DNA of 64,000 nt from IMG/VR virus record IMGVR_UViG_3300037466_001520; one strand, 5' to 3'. Under the pieces are notes generated by a model that was given only the letters and a program-made list of their open reading frames with translations, was not told the DNA's origin and did not search any database. The translations under genes were made by a program, and so were the position numbers. Shown one piece after another: positions 55,435-64,000 of the stretch; the first letter of the stretch is position 1; the number at the start of each line of letters is the position of its first letter. Source of the stretch: a virus. Its lineage: Duplodnaviria > Heunggongvirae > Uroviricota > Caudoviricetes.

Positions 55435-57453
55435 ATGTCTGAAACTCTATCTCCCGTTGCCGAAAATGACGCCACTCTGATTCGCGTCTCCCGCGACGGG
55501 GAGCAGGCCATCTTCGAGATGTCCTCCGGAGGCTTCCGCATCTACTCGACCTCCGGCGACCTCCGCGCCGAGGCCGACAACCTCAAGAGCCTCATCGCAG
55601 GCGGATCGTGGCGCGTCCCGGTCGACAACGAACCCGAAACCCTCGTGGCCTCGGTCTTCTCCTCGGACATCGAGGAGGAGCCTGAGGCCCCGAGGGCTTT
55701 CCGCGTGCCCGAGCAGGTCCGCAGCTCCATCGCCGCGAAGCTCGACGAAATGTCTGCAACACTTTCGCCAGAAGACCTAGCGAAGGCCAAGGCCCTCGCG
55801 TCCGGCGAGCCAGTGAGCATCGTCGAGGTCTCGTGGATCAGCGACTACTTCGACTCCAACGACGACGCCGACCAGATCCGAGGCGGCTTCAAGGGTCGCA
55901 AGTGGGCCGAGAAGATCGTCTCGGATGGCGACCCGTACGACCCGTACGCCAAGTACCGCATGGACGACGACCCAGAGTACGACTACATGGCCCTCGGCCC
56001 GGACGAGGACGGCCCCATGGTCGACACTCTCCTACAGGTCAACTGGGAGACCGGCGTCGTGCTCCGCTGGACCTCAGACGGCTTCGAGCCGTTCTTCGAG
56101 GACGAGCTGGACTCCTTCGAACACCCGCTCGTGCTCCCCATCGACCCGGAGAGCGCCGGAGTCCTCGCACGCTGGATCGACGAGAACCCATATCAGACCT
56201 ACGACATCCGCGATGCCGATCCCGAGGCCCGCAACCTGTTCGAAACTGCGTATGAAGAGATCGACTTCGAGCAGGTAGAGCGCTCCGCTGCCGTCATCGC
56301 CGACGCCTCGGGCTATTCCCCTGCCGAGCGCTCGCAGAACGCCAAGCGACAGGTGCGCAACTTCGGCGGACGCTTCTCCGGTCGTCAGGTCGAGCAGACC
56401 AAGAAGCTCAAGGGCTACAAGAAGGCCGCTGTCCCGGACGGGATGGCCGTCGAGACCAACCCGGCCCAGTCGATCCAGACATGGATGGACTCCCTCGCCC
56501 CGGTCACCGCAGCAGCGGAGCAGGGCCGCAGCCAGTCCATCGCCCAGCCAGCAGCGGACCCCCGCGACAAGTCCCACGTCCACGAGGACAAGATGGGCGA
56601 GTGGACCGGGAAGGACGCCGGGGACAAGGACGTCGACGACGAGAAGGACACCGGCCTCGGGGACGCGATGTACTTCGCCATCGTCGACGCCGACGACTCC
56701 ACTGCCGTGCTCGACGTCGTCGCGATCACCCGCAACCCTCAGGGCCACCCTGAGGCGTGGCGTCGAGTCAAGGGCACGTGGGAGAGCGACCCCGACACGC
56801 TGAACAAGCTCATGAGTTCCACGCCTCCGCCCGTTGTGAACCTCCGCACCCCGGACATGGTCAAGGACGTGCTCAAGCAGGTCGACTACGTCGACGCGAA
56901 CCCGGGAGCGCTCCCGACCGATGCCGTCACCGAGTCCGCGCCGCCTGCGATCAACGCCTCCGGATTCGCCGACATCGAGACGCTCGAAGGCCTCAAGACG
57001 TTCGTCAACCTGCTCGAACTCTACCCCGACATGGTCGACGACATGACGGCCTGCCGCATCCGCGCCCGCAACCGCGCCAAGGCCTTCAACCGCCTCGACA
57101 TCATCCCCGAGGAGTGGCGCGCAGCGACCCCTGCCGAGCGGGGCATGGAGCTAGCTTCCAGCTCCCCGCTCTTCGGAGAGTACGGACAGGTTCTCACCGC
57201 AGCCGGACACCCGTTCCAAGGGGCCAAGGGCGCAGAGCGCCTCAAGCACTACTGGACCGTGGGCGAGGGCGCAGCCAAGATCCGCTGGGGCACCAAGGGA
57301 GACCTCACCCGAGCACACCGCCACCTCGCCAAGTTCGTCGGACCCGACCGCGCGTGGGGCCTCGCCCAGAACTACCACGAGGCGATCTTCGGGATGTCGA
57401 ACACCAAGCACGACAAGCTCACGGGGCAATACGTCTCGCACCACGGAAAGTAA
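55435..57453 (+). CDS. minor head / capsid-maturation-associated protein
   Basis: C-terminal 'YWTVGEGAAKIRWGTKGDLTRAHRHLAK' domain typical of actinophage head modules. Confidence 0.6.
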   Translation: MSETLSPVAENDATLIRVSRDGEQAIFEMSSGGFRIYSTSGDLRAEADNLKSLIAGGSWRVPVDNEPETLVASVFSSDIEEEPEAPRAFRVPEQVRSSIAAKLDEMSATLSPEDLAKAKALASGEPVSIVEVSWISDYFDSNDDADQIRGGFKGRKWAEKIVSDGDPYDPYAKYRMDDDPEYDYMALGPDEDGPMVDTLLQVNWETGVVLRWTSDGFEPFFEDELDSFEHPLVLPIDPESAGVLARWIDENPYQTYDIRDADPEARNLFETAYEEIDFEQVERSAAVIADASGYSPAERSQNAKRQVRNFGGRFSGRQVEQTKKLKGYKKAAVPDGMAVETNPAQSIQTWMDSLAPVTAAAEQGRSQSIAQPAADPRDKSHVHEDKMGEWTGKDAGDKDVDDEKDTGLGDAMYFAIVDADDSTAVLDVVAITRNPQGHPEAWRRVKGTWESDPDTLNKLMSSTPPPVVNLRTPDMVKDVLKQVDYVDANPGALPTDAVTESAPPAINASGFADIETLEGLKTFVNLLELYPDMVDDMTACRIRARNRAKAFNRLDIIPEEWRAATPAERGMELASSSPLFGEYGQVLTAAGHPFQGAKGAERLKHYWTVGEGAAKIRWGTKGDLTRAHRHLAKFVGPDRAWGLAQNYHEAIFGMSNTKHDKLTGQYVSHHGK

Positions 57454-57459
57454 AACAGT

Positions 57460-59145
57460 ATGAAGATTCCACCTCGCCTTGATGAGGCTGTCTACGCTGG
57501 CATTGACATCCAAGAGCGCATGATCCGCCTCGCGGTCGAGGCCGCGCAGAGCTTCGAGGACTTCTACGGGGACGACGGGCGCACCCCGCTCACCGCCTCC
57601 GGCGTCTCGGAGACCGGCTCCCGCTTCCGCATCCCGCTCGTGGCACCCTTCGAGCACGACTCCGGCGACAACCGCCACTTCGCCGAGGGCGCGCTGACGC
57701 ACGTCCCTCTGCCTATGCCCCTGCTCTGGCAGGAGAAGACAGCACCCGGCCACGACGGATCCGTGATCGTCGGGCGCATCGACGGAATCGTCATCGACGA
57801 GGTCGGAGCCCGCGATGCCGTGGGCGTCTTCGACATCGGCCCATGGGCTCGCGAGGCAGAGCGCCTTGCGCGAAACGGCTTCCTCCGCCACGTCTCGGTC
57901 GACCTCGACCAGTTCGAGGGCGAAACCCCTAACCCACACTACTTCAACGGTGAGGATGCTGTCAAGAACAGCCCCACGGTCAAGATCGACAACAAGCCGA
58001 TCAAGATCAACAAGGCGCGCATCAACGCTGTAACCCTTGTCGCCAAGCCTGCCTTCCAAGAGGCGTTCTTGGTCCTTGACGCGGAGCCCACTTTGGAGAA
58101 CGGCGACGACAGCGTAGCCGATGGAATCTACGAGGAGACACCAATGGATCTCGACAGCGAGCTAGCAGCGCTCGCCGCATCGGCAGCGCCGCTCATCCCT
58201 CCGCGTGATTGGTTCGCCAATCCGCACCTTACACAGGCAACCCCGCTCACGATCACCGACGAGGGCCGCGTCTTCGGCCACATCGCCGCGTGGGCGACTT
58301 CCCACATCGGCCTCCCGCGCGCGACCAAGCCGCCGCGCTCGGCGTCGAACTACGCCTACTTCCGCACGGGCGTGCTCCGCACCGACGACGGCACTGACGT
58401 CTCGGTCGGCCAGCTCACCCTCGCCGGAGGGCACGCGCCTCTGCACGCCTCCGCTCAGGCGGCAGCGAAGCACTACGACGACACCAACTCCGCCGTCGCC
58501 GACGTCACCGCAGGCGAGGACCAGTTCGGCATCTGGGTCTCGGGTGCGCTCCGCCCGGACATCACCCCGTCTCAGGTCCGTGCGTTCCGAGCCTCGGCAC
58601 CGTCCGGAGACTGGCGTCCGATCAACGGTCGCCTCGAACTCGTCGCGGTCTGTGCCGTGAACGTCCCGGGCTTCCCGATTGCCCGCGCCATGGTCGCAGG
58701 CGGGCAGATCACCGCGCTCGTCGCAGCCGGTGCGTCCGCCATCGCCGAACTCCAGCAGAACAAGCTGGACGACCTCGTCGAGCGCGTCCGCGTCATCGAG
58801 CACGCCGAGTTCTCCTCTCAGGCAGAGGAGGCGCGCGCCCTCATGGAGGCGTCCTTCGCAGCCGTCACTGCTCGCCGCGAGGCGGAGCAGGAGTCGCTCG
58901 TCGCAGCAGCCAACGAGGCACGCGCCCTCATGGCGGCATTCAAGCCCCACTGGGGCGAGGATCAGGGCGGCGAGAACGACATCGACAGCACCGAGGGAGA
59001 CAGCGTCCCTGTGAACGACCCGTCCGACTCTGACGGCGACTTCGCTGGCGAGGACTCGCACGTGAACGAGCTGGACGACGCGGAGCAGGACGTCGCGTCT
59101 TTCAGCAGCCTCGCGGACATCCGCAAGGCCATCTACGGCCAGTAG
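57460..59145 (+). CDS. capsid maturation protease
   Basis: 'SGDNR.F..GAL...LPMPLLWQ....GHDGSVIVGRID' plus 'HYDDT...ADV..GED..GIWV.G...PSGDWR' domain. Confidence 0.7.
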   Translation: MKIPPRLDEAVYAGIDIQERMIRLAVEAAQSFEDFYGDDGRTPLTASGVSETGSRFRIPLVAPFEHDSGDNRHFAEGALTHVPLPMPLLWQEKTAPGHDGSVIVGRIDGIVIDEVGARDAVGVFDIGPWAREAERLARNGFLRHVSVDLDQFEGETPNPHYFNGEDAVKNSPTVKIDNKPIKINKARINAVTLVAKPAFQEAFLVLDAEPTLENGDDSVADGIYEETPMDLDSELAALAASAAPLIPPRDWFANPHLTQATPLTITDEGRVFGHIAAWATSHIGLPRATKPPRSASNYAYFRTGVLRTDDGTDVSVGQLTLAGGHAPLHASAQAAAKHYDDTNSAVADVTAGEDQFGIWVSGALRPDITPSQVRAFRASAPSGDWRPINGRLELVAVCAVNVPGFPIARAMVAGGQITALVAAGASAIAELQQNKLDDLVERVRVIEHAEFSSQAEEARALMEASFAAVTARREAEQESLVAAANEARALMAAFKPHWGEDQGGENDIDSTEGDSVPVNDPSDSDGDFAGEDSHVNELDDAEQDVASFSSLADIRKAIYGQ

Positions 59146-59316
59146 ACACTGTGTAGGGTAGCCGGGAGACCGGCTACCCACCACACACACGTCAAAATTC
59201 CCATGATATACTGGTTACAACTTAAGCGCAAGATCTAGGATCTTGTCCCTTCTGCCGAATGACGAACCAGCCCTAGGTAGACACTGTCTACCGCGAGAAA
59301 AATTAGAGGAGGGACT

Positions 59317-61512
59317 GTGGATCAGATCAATGCAAACCTCGACCGGATTTCCGAGCTTTCGGACGACGAGCTTAAGTCGCTTGAGGGTTCTATCGTGTCA
59401 GAGTTTGAGGCGGTCCAGACACAGGACTTGACTCCCGATGTAGTTGAGAGCATGAAGGCTCTCGCCCGTGCCGCTGTTGCGGTTCGCACCGAGGTTCAGA
59501 CCCGCGAGGCTCAGGCCAAGCAGCTTGCAATGGAAGCTGCGGAGGCTGCTGAGGCCATCAAGGGAATCGACCCCGACCAAGACGGTGACGTCGACAACGT
59601 CATCGACACTGACGGAGATGCGGACGCTGTAGGCGACGGAGACGGGGATGGCTCAGGAGACGCGGACACCGTGTCGGAAGCCATCGAAGGCATCGCGGAC
59701 GTCGACAACGACGATGTGGCCTCGGATGCGGCCCCATCGGAAGACACCAACACCGACAGCAGCGAAGCGGCACCTGCCGACGCAGCAGACATGGCGGACG
59801 AGGCCCCGGCCCCGAGCACCGACGCCGACCCAGCTCCGGCAGCGCCGGACACAGAGACTCCTTCTTCGGACGAAGATCCCGCACAGGGCGGGACGGACAC
59901 TCCGGAGCAGGGCGACCTCTCGGACGAAGACGAGAAGAAGATCGCGAACTTCGACGCAGCAGCCCCGGCTGATGCAACCGACGAGGCCGACGCAGCCCCC
60001 GCAGCGGATGACGCCAGCGAGGCAGCAGCCGCAGCTCCGGCAGACGGAGACAACACGCCAGCCGAGGCTCCCGCAGCCGACGAGGCAGCCGAAATGTCCG
60101 ACAACGGCCCGGACGAAGACCCAGAACCCGCACCATCCGACTCGGCTGATGAAGACGCCGAGGACAAGGACAAGAAGAACAACTCGGAGGACCCCGTGAC
60201 TGCCTCAGTTACAACCGAACTCGATAACATCGAGGTTCAGGCTCCCGCTGACCACGCACCTGTCGTCGCGTCGGCGGCTGTCGAGGAGACCATCTCCTAC
60301 GCGCCTGTTACCATCACCGCTGGAGCCGACATTCCGGGCGTCACTGCCGGAACCGAGCTTCCCAACCTTCGCTCCGTTGCCGAGGCGATCATCAAGCGTA
60401 AGAACGCTATGGGTCGCACCTCCGGTGGAGACGGCGAGCACCACCAAGTCGCGCAGTTCGCGACTTCCTTCCCTGAGGAGCGTACCCTCAACCCTTCGGA
60501 CATCGAAGGCAACCGCGCCAAGATCGAGGGAACTGTTGACTCCCTTATCGCTGCCGGTGGTATCGCCGCTCCTGCTGAGGTCCGCTACGAGCTTTACGGC
60601 CTCGGCGAGGACGTCCGCCCTGTCAAGGACTCGCTCCCTGTCTTCGGCGCTGACCGTGGCGGTATCCGCTACATCACTCCTCCGGTCCTCACCGACCTCA
60701 ACGGAGCTGTCTCGCTCTGGACCCTCGATGACGACGTCGCTGCTGCGACTGGCTCCTCGCCCGTCAAGCCTGCGCTCCGCGTTGCGGCTGGCGCTGAGGT
60801 CGTCGTTCAGGTCGACGCGATCCCGCTCATCCTCACCTTCGGTAACATGGGTGCTCGCGCCTACCCCGAACTCGTCGAGCGTCACACAAAGCTCGGGATG
60901 ATTCAGCACGCTCGCTTCGCCGAGACTCGCATCCTCACCCGCATCGGCTCGCTCTCGACAGCGGTCACCGCTGCCAAGGCTCTCGGTGCTGCTCGTGACA
61001 TCTTCGTTCAGGTCGAGACCGCTGCGGCTGCGTACCGCAACCGTCACCGCATGGACGAGTCCACCCCGCTCCGCGCCATCTTCCCGGCTTGGTTCAAGAA
61101 CGCGCTCCGCGCTGACCTCACCAAGCAGCTCCCGGGAGACGGACCGGACGAGACCTTCGGTCTCGCCGAGGCGACCATCAACAACTGGTTCAACCTCCGT
61201 GGCATCAACGTCACGTGGACCGTTGATGGCGAGACCGGCCAGATCTTCGGCGCTCAGGGTGCAGGAGCCCTCAACGGCTTCCCGACCGAGCTTATCTGGT
61301 ACCTCTTCTCCGAGGGCACCTTCCTCTTCCTCGATCAGGGCACGCTCGACCTCGGCATCGTCCGCGACTCGACCCTCAACCAGACCAACGACTACAAGAT
61401 CTTCTTCGAGACCTTTGAGGCCGTTGCGAAGGTTGGTATCGAGTCCCTCAAGGTCACAAGCGAGCTTGCAATCGCTGGTGCTACTGCCGGAACCGTCGCG
61501 CCCGTCATCTAA
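59317..61512 (+). CDS. major capsid protein with long acidic N-terminal scaffold-like region
   Basis: position after the protease; T/C-ending codon bias of a highly expressed gene; conserved C-terminal about 400 aa. Confidence 0.75.
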   Translation: MDQINANLDRISELSDDELKSLEGSIVSEFEAVQTQDLTPDVVESMKALARAAVAVRTEVQTREAQAKQLAMEAAEAAEAIKGIDPDQDGDVDNVIDTDGDADAVGDGDGDGSGDADTVSEAIEGIADVDNDDVASDAAPSEDTNTDSSEAAPADAADMADEAPAPSTDADPAPAAPDTETPSSDEDPAQGGTDTPEQGDLSDEDEKKIANFDAAAPADATDEADAAPAADDASEAAAAAPADGDNTPAEAPAADEAAEMSDNGPDEDPEPAPSDSADEDAEDKDKKNNSEDPVTASVTTELDNIEVQAPADHAPVVASAAVEETISYAPVTITAGADIPGVTAGTELPNLRSVAEAIIKRKNAMGRTSGGDGEHHQVAQFATSFPEERTLNPSDIEGNRAKIEGTVDSLIAAGGIAAPAEVRYELYGLGEDVRPVKDSLPVFGADRGGIRYITPPVLTDLNGAVSLWTLDDDVAAATGSSPVKPALRVAAGAEVVVQVDAIPLILTFGNMGARAYPELVERHTKLGMIQHARFAETRILTRIGSLSTAVTAAKALGAARDIFVQVETAAAAYRNRHRMDESTPLRAIFPAWFKNALRADLTKQLPGDGPDETFGLAEATINNWFNLRGINVTWTVDGETGQIFGAQGAGALNGFPTELIWYLFSEGTFLFLDQGTLDLGIVRDSTLNQTNDYKIFFETFEAVAKVGIESLKVTSELAIAGATAGTVAPVI

Positions 61513-61561
61513 GTAGTTCGACTAACCACCGCTGGACTCAGGATATCTTAGGAAAGAAACA

Positions 61562-62452
61562 ATGGCAAGAAGCCTTACAACCCTCGTTGAGACCTCTCAG
61601 CCGGTCGTCTCTCCCTTCGGTATCCTGAGTCCGGCTGTGGAAGTCGTAGAGGACCACAGCGAGTACCCGGAGTGGATCTCTGGATACACTTACGAGACTC
61701 CGGACGGCCAGACCTCGGCCTACCTCACCTCCGTGCTCGGAACGACCAACGAAGAGACGGTCATTGACATCAATGACCCTCTCGACCCGGTCTTCCGCTT
61801 CTACTACCCGTTTGGTATCCGTACCAAGACTCTCTCCTCGACCTTCGGAACGACTCCGGACAAGATTCGCGAGACCGCGAAGAACGCCCTCGACGTCGTC
61901 ACCCAGAAGTCCATCGAGCGAGAGTTCTGGATGGGAACCATCGCCAAGAACCTCACCGACACCAACGACAACCGCTACCTCGCCCAGAGCGGGGCAACGG
62001 ACGTCACCCCGACCAAGGGGACGGCTGTCAAGCCGCACTACGGTCTGGCTCTGCTCGAAGAGGCTCTCGGCAACGCGACCATCGGTTCTGCCGGAACCAT
62101 CCACGGCCCGATCTCGACCGCCTCGGCGCTCAAGCGAGTCCTCCACGTTGACACCACTGACGGTAACAAGACACTGATTACCCCTAACGGGAACACCATG
62201 GTCTCCGGTACAGGATACACACGTGTTGGGCCTGATGGCACCACGGCTCCGGCGAATCAGGCATGGATGTACGCGACCGGCCCGGTCACTGTCTTCCTCA
62301 GCGACATCTTCATCGTCCCTGAGAAGCAGAGCCAAGCCGTGGACACGCTCCAGAACAACATCGCGTACTACGGGGAACGCTACGCGGGCGTCACGTGGTC
62401 TACCGCAAACCTCTACGCAGTACTCGTCGACCTTACCGCTGACTACGCCTAA
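61562..62452 (+). CDS. structural protein (head-associated)
   Basis: follows capsid gene; strong RBS. Confidence 0.55.
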   Translation: MARSLTTLVETSQPVVSPFGILSPAVEVVEDHSEYPEWISGYTYETPDGQTSAYLTSVLGTTNEETVIDINDPLDPVFRFYYPFGIRTKTLSSTFGTTPDKIRETAKNALDVVTQKSIEREFWMGTIAKNLTDTNDNRYLAQSGATDVTPTKGTAVKPHYGLALLEEALGNATIGSAGTIHGPISTASALKRVLHVDTTDGNKTLITPNGNTMVSGTGYTRVGPDGTTAPANQAWMYATGPVTVFLSDIFIVPEKQSQAVDTLQNNIAYYGERYAGVTWSTANLYAVLVDLTADYA

Positions 62453-62467
62453 TAGGAGCAACCAGTC

Positions 62468-63106
62468 ATGTCATCTGATAACGCAACAAACGTAATGGGC
62501 CTTGCCCTTCGCGTTACCCGTCTCAACTCGGACGGCTCTGTCGCGTCGGGCGCAAGCGCGTCCTACGTCTCGAAGAAGTTCGTCTCCATCGGGTTCACCC
62601 CCGAGCTTGAGGCAGGAGACGAACTCAACATCAAGGCGGCTGACGGCACCATCGGCGCTACATGGAAGTCCCCGGACACCATCAAGCGCTTCACCGTCGC
62701 CCTCACCCTCGTCGACCCCGATCCCGAGCTTACCGAGATCCTCACTGGTGGAACCATCTTCTCCGCTGGAGGAAAGTCGGTCGGTTGGGCTGCACCGAAC
62801 GTCGGAATCAACCCGACTCCGAACGGCTGCGCCATCGAGGTCTGGTCGTACGCGAACATCAACGGTCGCCCAGACCCCCAGAACCCGTACTGGCGTCACG
62901 TCTGCCCGCAGGTCTTCCTGCGTCCGAACGGTGAGCGCCTCGTCGGAAACAACCTCATGGGCGTCCAGTTCTCCGGCTACGGCGTCGGAAACTCTCTGTT
63001 CGGCACCGGACCGGGCAACCCATCGTGGCCGTTCACCTCGGACTCGGGTTGGGCATACGCTCGCGACACCGCACTCCCAGCAGGAACCGGATATCAGGCT
63101 GTCTAG
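62468..63106 (+). CDS. major tail protein
   Basis: 'LRVTRLNSDG...PELEAGDELNIKAADG'; followed by terminator 63131-63168. Confidence 0.65.
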   Translation: MSSDNATNVMGLALRVTRLNSDGSVASGASASYVSKKFVSIGFTPELEAGDELNIKAADGTIGATWKSPDTIKRFTVALTLVDPDPELTEILTGGTIFSAGGKSVGWAAPNVGINPTPNGCAIEVWSYANINGRPDPQNPYWRHVCPQVFLRPNGERLVGNNLMGVQFSGYGVGNSLFGTGPGNPSWPFTSDSGWAYARDTALPAGTGYQAV

Positions 63107-63208
63107 TCTCTAGACACTGCATATCTTTAGCAGGCTGGTCGGTCTTCGGATCGGCCAGCCTGTTCTTTTCACTTGGTATAATAGACTGAAACCTTTTGTG
63201 GAGTTGAC

Positions 63209-63898
63209 ATGGCAGTTCAATGGCTAACTGTGGCCGACACGTTCGACCCGACCAGCAAATTCGCGCCCTCTGCTGTCGAGTTCGCCAGCTTCCTCATGCA
63301 CAACCTCACGGCAGGTAAGTTCCCCGGCATCCACACGACCACGGAGTCATACACTTCGATGATTCCGGCGCTCCTGCCGCGCAGTCCGCAGGTCGTCCAC
63401 GGGCAGATCTACAACCTCCCGGCCCACGTCGCATCGCCGACGAACCTCCGCCTCCGCAACACCCCGGTCCTCTCGGTCCAGAGCATCACGCAGGGCGACG
63501 TAACGCTCGACCCGAGCACCTACTCGATCCGCAACAACGCCTATCTCCGTCGCTCCGGAGGCGTCCCGTGGGTTCTCGACCCCTCGCTCGAACTACTCGT
63601 CACCTACACGTGGGGGACCAACCCGCCTGCTGCCGGAGTCCGCGCCGCCACCCGCCTTGCGAACGAGCTAATCCTCAACGACTTGGGCTCGCCGGAATGC
63701 GCCCTCCCCCAGCGCCTCATGACGGTCAACCGTCAGGGCCTCTCATATTCTTTCGTGGATCCGCAGCAATTCCTCGACAACGGTCGAATCGGTATCCCCG
63801 AAATTGACTTCTTCCTTGCAGCGGTGAATCCGCACAAGGTGAAGCAGAAATCACGCATGTTCTCGGTCGACCGACCGAGGGGAGAGAAGATCAACTAA
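63209..63898 (+). CDS. head-to-tail adaptor
   Basis: 'RLANELI...ECALPQRLMTVNRQGLSY...GRIGIPEIDFFL..VNP'. Confidence 0.65.
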   Translation: MAVQWLTVADTFDPTSKFAPSAVEFASFLMHNLTAGKFPGIHTTTESYTSMIPALLPRSPQVVHGQIYNLPAHVASPTNLRLRNTPVLSVQSITQGDVTLDPSTYSIRNNAYLRRSGGVPWVLDPSLELLVTYTWGTNPPAAGVRAATRLANELILNDLGSPECALPQRLMTVNRQGLSYSFVDPQQFLDNGRIGIPEIDFFLAAVNPHKVKQKSRMFSVDRPRGEKIN

Positions 63899-64000
63899 TG
63901 ACACAGTCAAAGTCGTACGACCCATACTACGCAGGTCCAGCCGTTTACAACGTCGACCCACTTCCGGTTATCGACACCTTCAAGCCTGCCCCGCATCCGG
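63898..64000 (+). CDS. partial CDS truncated by the window end
   Basis: TAATG coupling to the adaptor gene. Confidence 0.5.
   Translation, partial: MTQSKSYDPYYAGPAVYNVDPLPVIDTFKPAPHP

Noticed and set aside
1-64000. tRNA/rRNA, integrase, transposase, large terminase
   Set aside because: No cloverleaf with T-psi-C/CCA, no tyrosine/serine recombinase or DDE motifs, and no Walker A/B terminase were recognised by eye.

Overview
A 64-kb slice of a large, high-GC tailed phage genome, almost certainly an actinobacteriophage. It has no tRNA, rRNA, integrase or CRISPR that I can support. (1) 1-13.5 kb: dense + strand small hypothetical genes, including an RHH regulator, a permuted NlpC/P60 enzyme, an origin-like inverted repeat with an AT-rich core at 9.8 kb and a terminase-small-subunit-like gene. 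(2) 13.7-36 kb: an accessory region of single-gene cassettes, each with a near-identical promoter (TTGCGC-N17-TA(A/G/T)NNT), often a GGGAC-UUCG-GUCCC terminator and a dispersed TTGCAA-N3-TTGCAA site. It includes several candidate small RNAs, two clusters of a GGTCACCCTCCTTTT element that bracket the array, a holin-like module, an EndoVII nuclease and a repeat-rich non-coding tract at 33.4-34.2 kb. (3) 36-44.9 kb: + strand genes including a Prs-like plus Nampt-like pair (NARP1-type NAD+ reconstitution) with a SLOG gene between them and a metallophosphoesterase downstream. (4) 45-64 kb: virion genes, namely portal, a 2628-aa polyvalent protein (atypical kinase plus DarT/OspC-like ART domain), head proteins, maturation protease, major capsid, major tail protein and head-tail adaptor. 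All protein calls come from motif recognition by eye; no database searches were run.
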